A stretch of 64,000 nt of DNA from Alphaproteobacteria bacterium (lineage in GTDB: Bacteria > Pseudomonadota > Alphaproteobacteria > Bin95). Position numbers and translations under genes: made by a program. The notes under the pieces were generated by a model that ran no database searches, was not told the DNA's origin, and worked only from the letters and a program-made list of their open reading frames with translations. Below are positions 63,996 through 64,000 of the stretch, piece by piece; position 1 is the first letter of the stretch; each line of letters starts with the position of its first letter. The DNA lies in contig OZ219788.1 in assembly GCA_964291285.2 (NCBI GenBank), positions 544,001-608,000 of the forward strand, written 5' to 3'.

Positions 63996-64000
63996 GTTCC

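Larger units (their letters stand above)
52606..64000. mobile_element. integrated mobilizable/conjugative element (MOBF), partial
   Basis: MOBF relaxase-helicase, ssb and RHH/MobC genes; compositional break and truncated gene at the left edge; other end not in the window. Confidence 0.7.

Overview
High-GC alphaproteobacterial chromosomal window. A sponge- or invertebrate-associated Rhodospirillales-like organism is inferred from the secreted ankyrin protein, sterol reductase, TA load and form II Cox genes; this is not proven. Positions 1-52.6 kb are mostly metabolic and housekeeping genes: glcDE, hmgA, thiolase, lutABC, pyrE, hydantoinase A/B, recO-parC, amidase, two TauD paralogs, ada, bamE and coxSLM. 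Small accessory cassettes are scattered among them: four toxin-antitoxin pairs, an IS1634-family element inserted in a palindrome inside a CATGAC-repeat-bounded segment, and a defence-like cluster at 40.9-47.6 kb (OLD-like ATPase-TOPRIM, HigBA, SIR2-like protein, solo IS630-type HTH behind a LexA-box-like promoter, solo nucleotidyltransferase). From about 52.6 kb to the end lies part of an integrated MOBF-relaxase element that apparently truncates a substrate-binding-protein gene. It carries three tandem MobC/RHH genes, ssb, a protein with seven CxxC-x11-CxxC repeats, a shared upstream DNA motif, a relaxase-helicase with three ~150-aa C-terminal repeats, and a complete IS256. The SSB/Zn-repeat/triple-RHH module is my best candidate for an undescribed system. 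I saw no tRNA, rRNA or CRISPR array. All family assignments come from motif recognition, not database searches.
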